This document shows positions 37,691 through 47,729 of a DNA stretch of 64,000 nucleotides, piece after piece. A program made the position numbers and the translations under genes. The stretch is from positions 155,741-219,740 of the forward strand of contig CAZRCI010000003.1 in the NCBI GenBank assembly GCA_964598535.1, in the 5' to 3' direction. Origin of the DNA: an uncultured Planctomycetaceae bacterium (lineage in GTDB: Bacteria; Planctomycetota; Planctomycetia; Pirellulales; PALSA-1355). The first letter of the stretch is position 1, and each line of letters starts with the position of its first letter. The notes beneath the pieces were generated by a model. It made no database searches and was not told where the DNA came from. It worked only from the letters and a program-made list of their open reading frames with translations.

Positions 37691-38347
37691 ATGACCGCCA
37701 CGCCGCTCGACATTGCCAGCCTTCGCACCGTGCTCTACACGGCTGTGGTCACCGACGTGCTCGATGGGCTAGGGCTGCGCAATCAGGCCTTTGGCGTCTC
37801 GCTGCCGCGCCAGAGCGGCATGGGCGTGCTCCTCGGCCGGGCGAAAACCACCCTCTGGGAAGATGTCGAGCACGACGAGCGCCCCTACGAGCTAGAACTC
37901 GTGGCGGTCGACCAATGCCAACGCGATGAAGTCATCGTCGCGGCCGCTTCCGGCTCCATGCGGTCGGGCATCTGGGGCGAACTGCTATCAACCGCGGCTC
38001 GCAATCGAGGTTGCGCCGGCGCGCTGATCGACGGCGCCGTGCGCGACATCGCGGCCATGCACTCCATGGGGTTCTTGGTTTTTGCGCGTGGAACCTCACC
38101 GCTCGATAGCCTGCACCGGCAGCGAGTCATTGCCGTGGACGTGACGGTCGAAATTGGCGGAGTTTCGATCCATCCCGGCGATCTCATCATCGCGGATAGC
38201 GACGGCGCGGCGGTTATTCCCCAGGCGGTCGAAAGCGAGACGCTGGCCAAAGCCTGGGAAAAAGTCACGGCCGAAAACGTTGTTCGTAACGAAATCCGCG
38301 CCGGCGCCAAAGCCGCCGACGTCTTCAAGAAATACGGAGTCCTCTGA
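37691..38347 (+). CDS. RraA family protein (RNase E regulator / HMG-aldolase fold)
   Basis: 218 aa. VIVAAASGSMRSGIWGELLSTAARNRGCAGALIDGAVRD typical of RraA/dimethylmenaquinone methyltransferase-like proteins. Confidence 0.85.
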   Translation: MTATPLDIASLRTVLYTAVVTDVLDGLGLRNQAFGVSLPRQSGMGVLLGRAKTTLWEDVEHDERPYELELVAVDQCQRDEVIVAAASGSMRSGIWGELLSTAARNRGCAGALIDGAVRDIAAMHSMGFLVFARGTSPLDSLHRQRVIAVDVTVEIGGVSIHPGDLIIADSDGAAVIPQAVESETLAKAWEKVTAENVVRNEIRAGAKAADVFKKYGVL

Positions 38348-38349
38348 CC

Positions 38350-39816
38350 ATGCGGGTCGGCATCATCGCCTTGCAGCATGAATCCAACACCTTCTCCCCC
38401 GAGCCGACCACGCTAGAAAATTTTGAACGAGGAGCCCTGCTCGGCGGATCCGCGATTCGAGACGCTTATGCCGACTCGCACCACGAAGTCGGAGGGTTCT
38501 TTGCGGGCCTGGCCGAAGAAAAAATCGACGCCGTGCCGATCTTTCTGGCCTGGGCCTTGCCGAGCGGCGTCGTCACCGGCCGAACGCTCGAAAAGCTTCT
38601 GGCGCGCATGCTCGACGAGCTCAAAGCCGCCGGCGATCTCGATGGCTTGCTCGTCGCGCCCCATGGCGCTGGCGTCGCCGAAAATGCTTCGGACATGGAC
38701 GGGGCCTGGCTCCGCGAATTGCGCTCGCGTGTGAGTCCACGTTTGCCGATTGTCGGAACACTCGACCTTCATGCCAACCTGACCGAAACCATGCTCCGGG
38801 CGACGAACGCGCTCGTGGCCTATCGCACCAATCCGCATCTCGACCAGCGCGAGCGAGGTCTCGAAGCCGCGCGACTGATGGCCCGCATGCTCAAAGGCCA
38901 ATGCCGGCCCACCCAGGCCGCGGCGTACCCGCCCCTGGCGATCAATATCGAACGCCAAAACACGAGCCAGTCGCCCTGTCGCGAAAGCTATGAAGCGCTG
39001 GACGATCTGCTGGCCGACCGCCGCGTGCTCTCGGCCAGCCTGCTGCTCGGCTTCCCCTATGCCGACGTGCGCGAGATGGGCACCAGCGTCCTTGTCATTA
39101 CCGACGACGATCCTGATCTGGCCCGTGCTCTGGCAGACGACTTTGCCGAGTATCTACGTCACCGTCGAAGCGCGTTCGTGGGACAATTGATCGAGGTCGA
39201 AGCCGCCGTGGCTCAAGCCGCGCGCAGCTCGACACCCGTATGCTTGCTGGACATGGGCGATAACATCGGCGGCGGATCGCCGGGCGATGGCACCGTGTTA
39301 CTTCGCGCACTCGTTGACGCCGGAGTGAAATCGGCCTTCGTTTGCTTGCACGACCCACTCGCCGTCAGAGCCGCCGAAGAGGCCGGCAAAGGCAAAACCG
39401 TTTCGCTTGCGATCGGCGGCAAGGGCCCCCAGGAAGGCGGCGCGCCGGTCGAAACCAAGGCGAAAGTCGTTGGCTTGTTCGACGGGAAATTCACGGAAAC
39501 CGAAGCCCGACACGGCGGCCGCACCGAATACGACATGGGACTTACCGCCATCGTCCAATTGCCGGGCGGACAAACCGTGATGCTCACCTCGCAGCGCGTC
39601 GCGCCGTTCAGCCTGGGGCAGCTTACAAGCTGCGGGCTCGATCCTAAAAGCTTCCAGGCGATTGTCGCCAAGGGCGTGCATGCCCCGGTCGCCGCCTATG
39701 CGCCGATATGTCCGACCATGATTCGCGTCAACACGCCCGGCATCACGACCGCCGACCTGACCAAGCTCGAATATCAGCGTCGGCGAAAGCCGCTGTATCC
39801 TCTCGAAGCTATCTAA
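38350..39816 (+). CDS. M81 family metallopeptidase (MlrC-like)
   Basis: N-terminus MRVGIIALQHESNTFSP and overall length match MlrC N- and C-terminal domain proteins. Confidence 0.8.
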   Translation: MRVGIIALQHESNTFSPEPTTLENFERGALLGGSAIRDAYADSHHEVGGFFAGLAEEKIDAVPIFLAWALPSGVVTGRTLEKLLARMLDELKAAGDLDGLLVAPHGAGVAENASDMDGAWLRELRSRVSPRLPIVGTLDLHANLTETMLRATNALVAYRTNPHLDQRERGLEAARLMARMLKGQCRPTQAAAYPPLAINIERQNTSQSPCRESYEALDDLLADRRVLSASLLLGFPYADVREMGTSVLVITDDDPDLARALADDFAEYLRHRRSAFVGQLIEVEAAVAQAARSSTPVCLLDMGDNIGGGSPGDGTVLLRALVDAGVKSAFVCLHDPLAVRAAEEAGKGKTVSLAIGGKGPQEGGAPVETKAKVVGLFDGKFTETEARHGGRTEYDMGLTAIVQLPGGQTVMLTSQRVAPFSLGQLTSCGLDPKSFQAIVAKGVHAPVAAYAPICPTMIRVNTPGITTADLTKLEYQRRRKPLYPLEAI

Positions 39817-39836
39817 CAGCGTGTGGCTTGACGAGG

Positions 39837-40565
39837 CTATTTTGTTCTCGAGTATGCAATGGCTCGTGCGACTAATCCGCTGGCGAATGTTGCGAAACTC
39901 AGTTCATCCGTCGGAGATGTAAAACGTCCGGTCCGAGCATCCGCCTGCTTCGTCAACAACAAACATGCCCCATCATAGAGCCGCTCTCGCAACAGCTTGG
40001 TCAAAAACAACTCATATCTCTTCGCGTAAGAAGCTGCCTTGAACTCCGGAAAGACCGGATAGTGCGGCTCTTGAGTCTTTACCGGCGTGCGCGACTTGGA
40101 GCAGTCTTCCAAAATAAAAACATATCCTAACCAAGGCTTCTGCGATGACTTGAAAGCGCCTTCACGGTAGGCGGCCCAAAGATCCGTGGCATTTCCCAGG
40201 GCCTCTTCCGTCCGGTTATTGAAATTGTTACCAAATGAAGGACCGACCTGTGCCTTGAATTCGACCAATGCAAGCAGATTTTCATTGGCAACAACAACCA
40301 AGTCCCATTTCTTTTCAGCTCGATAATAGCCGGGCAGTTCCTTCTTGTCTCGCCAATAGACGTGCGCCTCCGGGACTCCGTTATCGATGAACAGGTCTCG
40401 GCATATTTCCGTAAACCCATCGAGATGTTTACCTCCGGTTACGGCTGCTCGCAAACCAGCATCCTTCAATCCTGTTGCGCTCCCCTGCCGTTCACTCTGC
40501 CTGTCTCGCATTGTCCAAAACAATTTGATCGCTTGCTGGACGCGCTTCTCGATTGGCTTCTGCAT
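39837..40565 (-). CDS. type II restriction endonuclease (PD-(D/E)XK; XhoI/PaeR7I-like by recollection)
   Basis: WDLVVVANENLLALVEFKAQVGPSFGNNFNNRTEEALG contains a D...E-x-K catalytic pattern. Adjacent to a DNA methyltransferase. Lower GC than flanks. Confidence 0.6.
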   Translation of the reverse strand: MQKPIEKRVQQAIKLFWTMRDRQSERQGSATGLKDAGLRAAVTGGKHLDGFTEICRDLFIDNGVPEAHVYWRDKKELPGYYRAEKKWDLVVVANENLLALVEFKAQVGPSFGNNFNNRTEEALGNATDLWAAYREGAFKSSQKPWLGYVFILEDCSKSRTPVKTQEPHYPVFPEFKAASYAKRYELFLTKLLRERLYDGACLLLTKQADARTGRFTSPTDELSFATFASGLVARAIAYSRTK

Positions 40566-41551
40566 TGAACAGTGACCTTGGCTGGCATGAAAATGTCTTG
40601 CTGTTCGGCAATCCTCTTTTCCGCATATTTTGCATAGGCAGGCTCGATCTCGCAGCCCACAGAATTCCGCGCGTTTCGCATCGCGGCAATGGTTGTTGTT
40701 CCCGTCCCTAAAAATGGATCGTAAACGGTATCCCCAACAAAACTGAACATACGAATCAGCCGCTCTGCTAGCTCAATGGGATAAGGCGCGGGATGCTTCT
40801 TCGTGGATGCGCCGGTAACCCCAGTCCAAATTTGTTGAAACCACTGCCTATGGTGTGGCTCGGAAATCAAACTGAGTACACGCGCGGCAATTGAAGGAGT
40901 ACGATAGCCACCGGGTTTGCGCTGCATGAGAATGTACTCGATGTCATTCTTGATCACCGCGTTTGGCTCGTACGGCTTCCCCAAAAAACCACCGCCACTT
41001 CCATCGACTTCGTAAACCGCATTGGCTATTTTGTGCCAAATGATCGGAGCAAGATTGTCGAAACCAATGTTCCGGCAGCGTTCCTGAATCGATGCATGCA
41101 AGGGAACGACGGTATGGCGGCCATTGTTGCGTCTGCGGGACAAACAAACATCTCCAACAACGCATACTAACCGACCGCCCGGCACTAGCGCCGAATGGCA
41201 CCGACGCCAAACGTGGTCGAGCTCATCCAAAAACCTGTCGTACTCAGAAATATGGCCAAGCTGCCCCGCCGAATCGCGATATTCCTTGAGAGTCCAATAG
41301 GGAGGCGACGTCAGCACGAGATGAACGCTCTCGTCATCCAACTGAACCTCGCGTGAATCGCCAACGAAAATCGCATGTCGCGTTGGGATCTCCCGCGTGG
41401 CTGCGGCGATGATCGCCATGAGTTTCGGATCCTTGGCAATCCGCGGCAACTCTGTTTGCGCATCGGAGAGCGAGTGAAACTCAGCCGGCAAATAGGCCTC
41501 CAAATCGCAGTTTCCGGCACGTGGCACGTTGGGTGCTTCCTTTTCCTTCAA
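40466..41551 (-). CDS. beta-class DNA methyltransferase (N4-cytosine or N6-adenine)
   Basis: Motif IV LVLTSPPYW precedes motif I VYDPFLGTGTTTIAA (beta-class order). The last 33 codons overlap the REase start in another frame. Confidence 0.85.
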   Translation of the reverse strand: MKEKEAPNVPRAGNCDLEAYLPAEFHSLSDAQTELPRIAKDPKLMAIIAAATREIPTRHAIFVGDSREVQLDDESVHLVLTSPPYWTLKEYRDSAGQLGHISEYDRFLDELDHVWRRCHSALVPGGRLVCVVGDVCLSRRRNNGRHTVVPLHASIQERCRNIGFDNLAPIIWHKIANAVYEVDGSGGGFLGKPYEPNAVIKNDIEYILMQRKPGGYRTPSIAARVLSLISEPHHRQWFQQIWTGVTGASTKKHPAPYPIELAERLIRMFSFVGDTVYDPFLGTGTTTIAAMRNARNSVGCEIEPAYAKYAEKRIAEQQDIFMPAKVTVQCRSQSRSASSKRSNCFGQCETGRVNGRGAQQD

Positions 41552-41671
41552 TGGCTCGAATCTTGCCCCGCGAATCCATTCTTACCCGGCATATTCTAAT
41601 TTGGACGCCGCACATTGTATCATTCAGATGAACACCTGGACAGATCCTCTCCTCCTGCCACGAATGAACGG

Positions 41672-43126
41672 ATGATGCGAAACTCCATTCAATGGTTGCG
41701 TACGTGCGGCTGCGCGGCGATCTTGCTGTTCCCAAATTACTGCCTGGCTGATGCCCCCCCGATTCGCACCGTGCGCGATTTCGGCGCCGTTGGCGATGGC
41801 GTGACGGACGATACGTCGGCCCTCCAAAAAGCCGTTGACGCCAAGCAGGGCACGATCGTAATTCCGCCCGGACGCTATCGCTTGACCAAGCCCGTGGTGA
41901 TCGAGCTCGATCGCGTGGGATTCACGGCAATCGCCGGGAGTCCGGCGGCGCAACTCATCATGGATGGAGCCGGACCAGCGTTGCGGTTCCTCGGCACCCA
42001 CGAGGGAACCGCCGCCCCGCGCACGATCAAACCCAATGTCTGGCAGCGGCAACGAACGCCCAGCGTGGATGGACTCGAAATCATCGGCGCGCACGCCGAA
42101 GCGTGCGGTGTCGAAGCGGCGGGCACGATGCAACTCACGCTCACCCGGCTCGTCGTGCGCGATGCGCTGCACGCCGTCCAGTTGATAACGCGCAACCGCA
42201 ACGTTACGCTCTCGGAGTGCAACTTCTACAACAATCGCGGCATCGGCGTCTTTCTCGATGGCGTGAACCTGCACCAGATCAATATTGCAAACTGCCACAT
42301 CAGCTATAACCACGGTGGCGGTATCGTCGTGCGCCGAAGTGAACTTCGGAACTTGCAGATCGGCACGTGTGATATCGAAGCCAATATGGGCGGCCCCGAT
42401 TCACCCCCAACGGCCAACGTCCTTCTCGATTCGACCGATGGCTCGATTGCCGAGGTCGCGATCGTGGGCTGCTCGATCCAGCATGCCCACGACGCGCCCA
42501 ACTCCGCGAACATTCGCATTCTGGGACGCAGCAAGAAGGTCAAGTACACCGACGAATTGCGTTGGGGGCACATCACCATCGCAAACAATGTGCTTTCGGA
42601 TGTTCACGTGAACCTCGACCTAGCCCATGTCCGCGGAGCCACGATCACCGGCAATACCATGTGGCAAGGTTATACGCATAACCTGACGGCGACAGACTGC
42701 CGGAATCTGGTCGTCGCCAATAATCTCCTGGAACGAAACCCCCGCTATCATAGCGGCGACGCGGCATCGGCCGGCCTGGGCGTCGTGTTCGCCGGCTGCA
42801 CCGACTGCACGCTCAGCGGCAATCATCTGCAAGGCGTCGACAGCCAGCCGGCCGCGCTGGTGCTCAAAGATTGCCGCCGCATGAATCTCACCGGCGGCGT
42901 CATTCTCGACTACGGAACCTGTGGGCTGCTGCTGGACAATGTCACCGATAGCCGCGTTTCCAACCTGCTCATTCGCGACGGCCGCGACCAAGCCGCGGCA
43001 GCGCCGCTGCATCTGACGTCAGGCCGCGGCAACTTCATCACCGGCAACTCGTTCGATCGAACGCCCTCGCTGGCCGCCGACAGCGCAACGGCGACCAACA
43101 ACCATATTGCCTCGGACGATGAATAG
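41672..43126 (+). CDS. secreted right-handed parallel beta-helix protein (pectate-lyase-3/GH28-like)
   Basis: Signal peptide. VRDFGAVGDGVTDDTSALQKAVD N-terminal motif. Repeated NN/GN beta-helix turns. Confidence 0.75.
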   Translation: MMRNSIQWLRTCGCAAILLFPNYCLADAPPIRTVRDFGAVGDGVTDDTSALQKAVDAKQGTIVIPPGRYRLTKPVVIELDRVGFTAIAGSPAAQLIMDGAGPALRFLGTHEGTAAPRTIKPNVWQRQRTPSVDGLEIIGAHAEACGVEAAGTMQLTLTRLVVRDALHAVQLITRNRNVTLSECNFYNNRGIGVFLDGVNLHQINIANCHISYNHGGGIVVRRSELRNLQIGTCDIEANMGGPDSPPTANVLLDSTDGSIAEVAIVGCSIQHAHDAPNSANIRILGRSKKVKYTDELRWGHITIANNVLSDVHVNLDLAHVRGATITGNTMWQGYTHNLTATDCRNLVVANNLLERNPRYHSGDAASAGLGVVFAGCTDCTLSGNHLQGVDSQPAALVLKDCRRMNLTGGVILDYGTCGLLLDNVTDSRVSNLLIRDGRDQAAAAPLHLTSGRGNFITGNSFDRTPSLAADSATATNNHIASDDE

Positions 43127-43201
43127 GCCTTGATCGCGACCCAGCCTCGGGCCTCACGACGTCGCAAGGTTTCCGGCAACGCGATTCATCGTGCGCTCGC
43201 G

Positions 43202-44719
43202 CTACCCCAGCGCCGCCCGCGTGCGCTCGACTAGCTTGTTGTCTTGCGCGCCGCTTCCTCGCAGATTGAACACGCTCGAAGCCAGAAAACGTCCCCGATA
43301 CTGCGGCGAAACGTGTTGATAATCCTCCAACACGGCACTACTGAACTTGTAATCGTGCGAGTTGGTCCCTTTCAGGAAGATCAGCATGCGCGCCGCGTTA
43401 ATGAACTCGTGCGGAGCAGGATGCGAATCGACGTAGGAAAGCGTCTTCTCCGCGGCGGTCATCGGATCGCGGCTCACGTCGGCAAAGATCTCTTCCACGG
43501 CCGTTGGCCCTTCAGCAACTGTCGCCGGCGCAAGCTGGTCGAGCTTCTTCTCCGGCACATTGTCGCCCATCGCGTCACGAAACATCGTCAAAAACGCCGC
43601 GTTCTGCAGGAGCAGCAACTTGCGAGTCTCTTCGCTGGCCGCCGTGTCCCACGCGTAGCGGAGCGCGTTGGTCGTCGTGACCGCGTGCAGCGGAACGATC
43701 CCCGGCTTGCGCATCAACAGTTCTCCCGCGCCCAGGAATAGCGCATCCCAGACCGACTGCGGGGCCACGCCGCGATTCACTAGTTCGATCACCTTATCGC
43801 TGGCTTCGTTCTCGTTGGCTTGCCTGAGCGCGGCCAGCAACTCCGCCGTGGCGCCCTCATCCGGTTTCCCGGCGAGCCAATCGGGGTTGATCGCTTGCGC
43901 GCGTTCCAAGTTGCGCCGCCAAGGGCGATCCGCCCGTTCATCGCTCTGGGCCGGATTCTTACCGTCGTGTTGCAAAAGCGCGTAGGTCAGCGAGCGCAGC
44001 ACTGGTTCGGTGTGCTGGTGGCCGATGCAATTGAGGGTTCGCAGACTATTGGCTACGTAGATCGCCTTGTGACCGATATCGCGAAAGTCGCGCATCCCAT
44101 AACGAAACATCAGTTCGAAGATCTCCTGCGTGCCGGCCGAGCGAGCGAGCGCCGCGGCCGCCGCGTCGGTAGCGGCTTCGTCCCAACGGTCCATCGCTTT
44201 GCTCAGTGCCGCCCGGGCCTTGGCCGCGTTGGGCACAGCCGCTTCGTCCACGCGTTGCATCGTCCAATTGCCTTCGCGCTCGTCGCGGGCCTGCGAATCC
44301 TTGAAGTAGTCGAGCGCCCAAAATATCGGCAACCAGCGATGTTCATCCGGAGACGCCATGCTCGCCAGGTGCGCGGAATTCACCACCAGCACAGCGTGAA
44401 ATTTAAAGCCTACATGCGGCCGCGGTTGCACGTTGCGAACGCCTGCCAGCAGCAGCGCGGTCAGCAGTTCTTGATAGCTCAAGCCGCCACGAATACGCTG
44501 AGCAACCTCTTCCAGCAGGCGGTCGCGGGGCGTGTCTTCGAGCAATCGGACGATTGGCTCGATCTCGGGCTGAAATTGCACGCGATCGGGCGACAGCGCC
44601 GCGTCATCCGCCCGAACCGGCGTCAGCCTTCCCAAAAAACCAAGATCGCCAAATCCGGCGAGAGCTCCGGCCGAAGCCGCGGTTCGCAAGAAGGTCCGCC
44701 TTGAGTTCCCTTGCGCCAT
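43202..44719 (-). CDS. TAT-exported hypothetical protein
   Basis: SRRTFLRTAASAGALAGF twin-arginine signal. 505 aa, largely helical. No motif recognised. Confidence 0.6.
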   Translation of the reverse strand: MAQGNSRRTFLRTAASAGALAGFGDLGFLGRLTPVRADDAALSPDRVQFQPEIEPIVRLLEDTPRDRLLEEVAQRIRGGLSYQELLTALLLAGVRNVQPRPHVGFKFHAVLVVNSAHLASMASPDEHRWLPIFWALDYFKDSQARDEREGNWTMQRVDEAAVPNAAKARAALSKAMDRWDEAATDAAAAALARSAGTQEIFELMFRYGMRDFRDIGHKAIYVANSLRTLNCIGHQHTEPVLRSLTYALLQHDGKNPAQSDERADRPWRRNLERAQAINPDWLAGKPDEGATAELLAALRQANENEASDKVIELVNRGVAPQSVWDALFLGAGELLMRKPGIVPLHAVTTTNALRYAWDTAASEETRKLLLLQNAAFLTMFRDAMGDNVPEKKLDQLAPATVAEGPTAVEEIFADVSRDPMTAAEKTLSYVDSHPAPHEFINAARMLIFLKGTNSHDYKFSSAVLEDYQHVSPQYRGRFLASSVFNLRGSGAQDNKLVERTRAALG

Positions 44720-44966
44720 GACGCCGCCCTCCCTTGGATCACCAGGCCGTGAACAGATAGCCGCCGTTAGGAATTATACCGGCTTTGCCTCGGGTGTTCC
44801 CTCGGCAATTTGGCGTATCCGCCGAACACTCTGGAGCTTTGTCGGTTGTGCTGGACTCGGTTTCGTTTAGGGGCGACAATAGAGGACCGTCCTCTCCGCT
44901 TTGCGCGAGCCCCCGCACCACGCGGTATTTTTTTATTTACGATCTTCTTGTTTCGCCTGGCAACGT

Positions 44967-46079
44967 ATGTCTCGCACCACCTCGACACGCAAGCCGCATC
45001 CCCTGGCTCTCTCCCCTTCCCTAAAAGGCTGGCTCCTTGCCGCCGGCGGCGTCGCACTGGTGGTGGCGGTCTTCGCGCCACACTTCTTCCACACCACTCC
45101 GCCTGCCGGCGGCGCGGCGAACGCTACCCGTGTGAGCAATGCCCCGGCAATCAACCAGGCTCCGCCACCGGGACCAGCGCCCGCCGACATGGTCTGGATC
45201 CCGGGCGGCAAGTTCTGGATGGGAGACAATACGTTTCCCGATGCTCAGCCGGAACACCTGGTCGCGCTCGACGGTTTCTGGCTCGACCAGCACGAAGTAA
45301 CCAATGCCGAGTTTGCCAGGTTCGTCGAGGCGACCGGCTATGTCACCTTTGCGGAATTGCCTCCCAAGGCCGAAGACTATCCCAGCGCGCCTCCCGAAAT
45401 GCTTGTCCCAGGCTCCATCGTCTTCACGCCGCCCGACGCGGCCGTGCCGCTCGATAACCATCTCGTCTGGTGGCGTTACGTGCCCGGCGCGTGCTGGAAA
45501 CACCCCGAGGGGCCCGACAGCACCATCGAAGGCCGCGATAATCACCCCGCCGTCCACATCGCCTGGGTCGATGCCAAGGCCTACGCCGACTGGGCCGGCA
45601 AACGCCTGCCCACCGAAGCCGAATGGGAATTCGCCGCGCGCGGTGGTCTCGATCGCCAGCCGTTCTGCTGGGGCGGCGAGCTGCTCCTGGACGGCAAGTG
45701 GCAAGCCAACATCTGGCAGGGCAACTTCCCTCACCAAAACGCCCAGGAAGACGGCTTCGTGCGCACCGCGCCGGTCGGAACCTTTCCGGTCAATGGCTTC
45801 GGACTGTTCGACATGAGCGGCAACGTCTGGGAATGGTGTGCCGACTGGTATCGCCCTGACACCTACATGTACCCGACCGCAAAGAATCCCACGGGGCCCG
45901 CCGACAGCTACGACCCCCAGGAACCGGGCATTCCCAAACGCGTGCAGCGCGGCGGATCGTTTCTCTGCAGCGACATGTACTGCGTTCGCTACTTACCGGG
46001 CGGCCGCGGCAAGGGCGAGCCCACCAGCGCCGCCAGCCACATCGGGTTTCGCTGCGCCAAATCGGCCGGTGGTGAATAA
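44967..46079 (+). CDS. formylglycine-generating enzyme (SUMF1/FGE family)
   Basis: MVWIPGGKFWMGD, HPAVHIAWVDAKAYADWAGKRLPTEAEWEFAARGG, GNVWEWCADWY, RGGSFLC. Confidence 0.9.
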   Translation: MSRTTSTRKPHPLALSPSLKGWLLAAGGVALVVAVFAPHFFHTTPPAGGAANATRVSNAPAINQAPPPGPAPADMVWIPGGKFWMGDNTFPDAQPEHLVALDGFWLDQHEVTNAEFARFVEATGYVTFAELPPKAEDYPSAPPEMLVPGSIVFTPPDAAVPLDNHLVWWRYVPGACWKHPEGPDSTIEGRDNHPAVHIAWVDAKAYADWAGKRLPTEAEWEFAARGGLDRQPFCWGGELLLDGKWQANIWQGNFPHQNAQEDGFVRTAPVGTFPVNGFGLFDMSGNVWEWCADWYRPDTYMYPTAKNPTGPADSYDPQEPGIPKRVQRGGSFLCSDMYCVRYLPGGRGKGEPTSAASHIGFRCAKSAGGE

Positions 46080-46525
46080 CCATCCCTCGTGTCGAGCACG
46101 GCATCGCCCTGCCCGGGCAGGCTGTCGCTGCACGCCGCCGGTGACTCGGTCGCGGGCTCCGGCCAGCCGCCCTGTTTTTTTACCTGCTCTTCGGCATACA
46201 GCAAAATGCCGAACCACACGACCAAGATCACAACCCAAGCGATGATCACAGCCGCGCACCGGTATAGGAGGCGCCGCGCTTCAGGCCCAAACTCGCCGGA
46301 CTGCACGCGGCGCCAGATCTCGGCGGCATTGGACAAATTGCCGGCCACGTTACCATGCCTGGGAGCCAGCTCTCGCTGGACGCCGCGCAAACGTTTCCCA
46401 CCAGTCAACAAACGAACGCGGCTGTGATAGTACCAGGAGAGTACGGCCGGCACGGTGACCATGAATGCGAACGCCGCGTTCATCGTCCACAGCCAGTGCT
46501 CGCGAACCATCAAGAGTTCGATCAT
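45989..46525 (-). CDS. hypothetical two-TM membrane protein (weak call)
   Basis: GC3-rich frame with two hydrophobic segments. The 3' end overlaps the convergent FGE gene by about 90 nt. Start uncertain. Confidence 0.35.
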   Translation of the reverse strand: MIELLMVREHWLWTMNAAFAFMVTVPAVLSWYYHSRVRLLTGGKRLRGVQRELAPRHGNVAGNLSNAAEIWRRVQSGEFGPEARRLLYRCAAVIIAWVVILVVWFGILLYAEEQVKKQGGWPEPATESPAACSDSLPGQGDAVLDTRDGYSPPADLAQRNPMWLAALVGSPLPRPPGK

Positions 46526-46598
46526 CGCACTTTCGGCAAGAGCGTTTGGCCCAGAGGTAACCTGTCGCAACCCGTGGCGTTCCAGGAAAGAACACGGA

Positions 46599-47534
46599 TC
46601 AATCGGCAAACGCCAACGCGGCATACTGCGGTACGTGGTCGCTCAGCGCGAACGATTGCGCATCGGCCGGATTCGTGCGAAACGCGCCCACCCACAGCGG
46701 CCGCGACGCGATGATTCGCTGGGCCAGCGGACCGGCCGCCCAGACATAGTCGATGCGAACGCGCGGCGTATCGGCCGGAACCGTCCGGCCACCGGCGTTC
46801 GTGGCCGCATGCGGGTCTCCAACCGCGGCCCAGGTGTCGACGAAGCCGGCTTCTTGCCACAGGGCATACTCGCGCGACTCGGGAACGTGATTCAAATCGC
46901 CCATCAGAATCATGTCTCGCCCGGCGTCGAGGTCGCTCCGCATGGAAGCCAGCATCGCGGCGACCTCACGCAAGCGAATCGCTGGATCCTTCCCCGGATA
47001 AAGATGCGCCGAGTGGACGACCAGCAACTGACCCGAGGGCAACCGCAGCACGGCGCGTCCCCAGTGGCGCGTAAAAAGATCGTCTGGCCGGGCTCCGGTA
47101 ACCACGGGCGCGTTTTGCGACTCGGCAATCTCGAACTTCGAAAGCAATGTCCCCGGCCACGCTTCACCGCTTGGAAAACGCACATGGTGCATCCCTAGCT
47201 GCTCGGCGATCTCTTGCGTCAGCTTCTCGTCAGGCGACTCGGAAAAGTTCACGATGTGCGGATCGTAGAGCGCCAGTTCGAGCGCAATACGGCGAGCGAC
47301 TTGCCCCTGCTCCGCGGCGTGCTTCGCTAAATCGCGATCCGCCGGCCAGCCCGTACATTTCAGAATGTTGTACGCAATCACGCGAAGCTGTCCTGCCTGG
47401 CCTTCGCTCGCTGGCTGGGGCGCGACAGCCAGGACTCCCGGGCCGCTAGCGAGCCCCGCGCCGGCGACGCCGGCCACGGCCCATTGGCAAAAGCTGCGCC
47501 GCGAGACGCGAGAAATCGACTGTCTATCCCGCAT
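46599..47534 (-). CDS. endonuclease/exonuclease/phosphatase (EEP) family protein, TAT signal
   Basis: SRRSFCQWAVAGVAGAGLA. VIAYNILKC, LMGDLNH and SDHVP motifs of the EEP fold. Confidence 0.8.
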   Translation of the reverse strand: MRDRQSISRVSRRSFCQWAVAGVAGAGLASGPGVLAVAPQPASEGQAGQLRVIAYNILKCTGWPADRDLAKHAAEQGQVARRIALELALYDPHIVNFSESPDEKLTQEIAEQLGMHHVRFPSGEAWPGTLLSKFEIAESQNAPVVTGARPDDLFTRHWGRAVLRLPSGQLLVVHSAHLYPGKDPAIRLREVAAMLASMRSDLDAGRDMILMGDLNHVPESREYALWQEAGFVDTWAAVGDPHAATNAGGRTVPADTPRVRIDYVWAAGPLAQRIIASRPLWVGAFRTNPADAQSFALSDHVPQYAALAFAD

Positions 47535-47729
47535 TCCAACATCCCCCTCTCACGAATTCCTGATTCACTGGGCCCCAAACGGGGGCGGTCGAAAGGCCCC
47601 CCTGCGCGAAGTCCCGACACGCGCCACGGATTATAGTCGTTCTCGAGACGCGAGCGTTGCCTTTTTCGCGACAGCCGGATAGCTTAAACTTGTGGATTCG
47701 CGCCAGGTTCGTATACCGGACAGACCGTC

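Noticed and set aside
45989-46079. 90-nt convergent overlap between the FGE 3' end and the hypothetical membrane ORF
   Set aside because: This is probably an over-extended 3' end or a spurious tail of a weakly supported ORF. It is not treated as a meaningful antisense arrangement.
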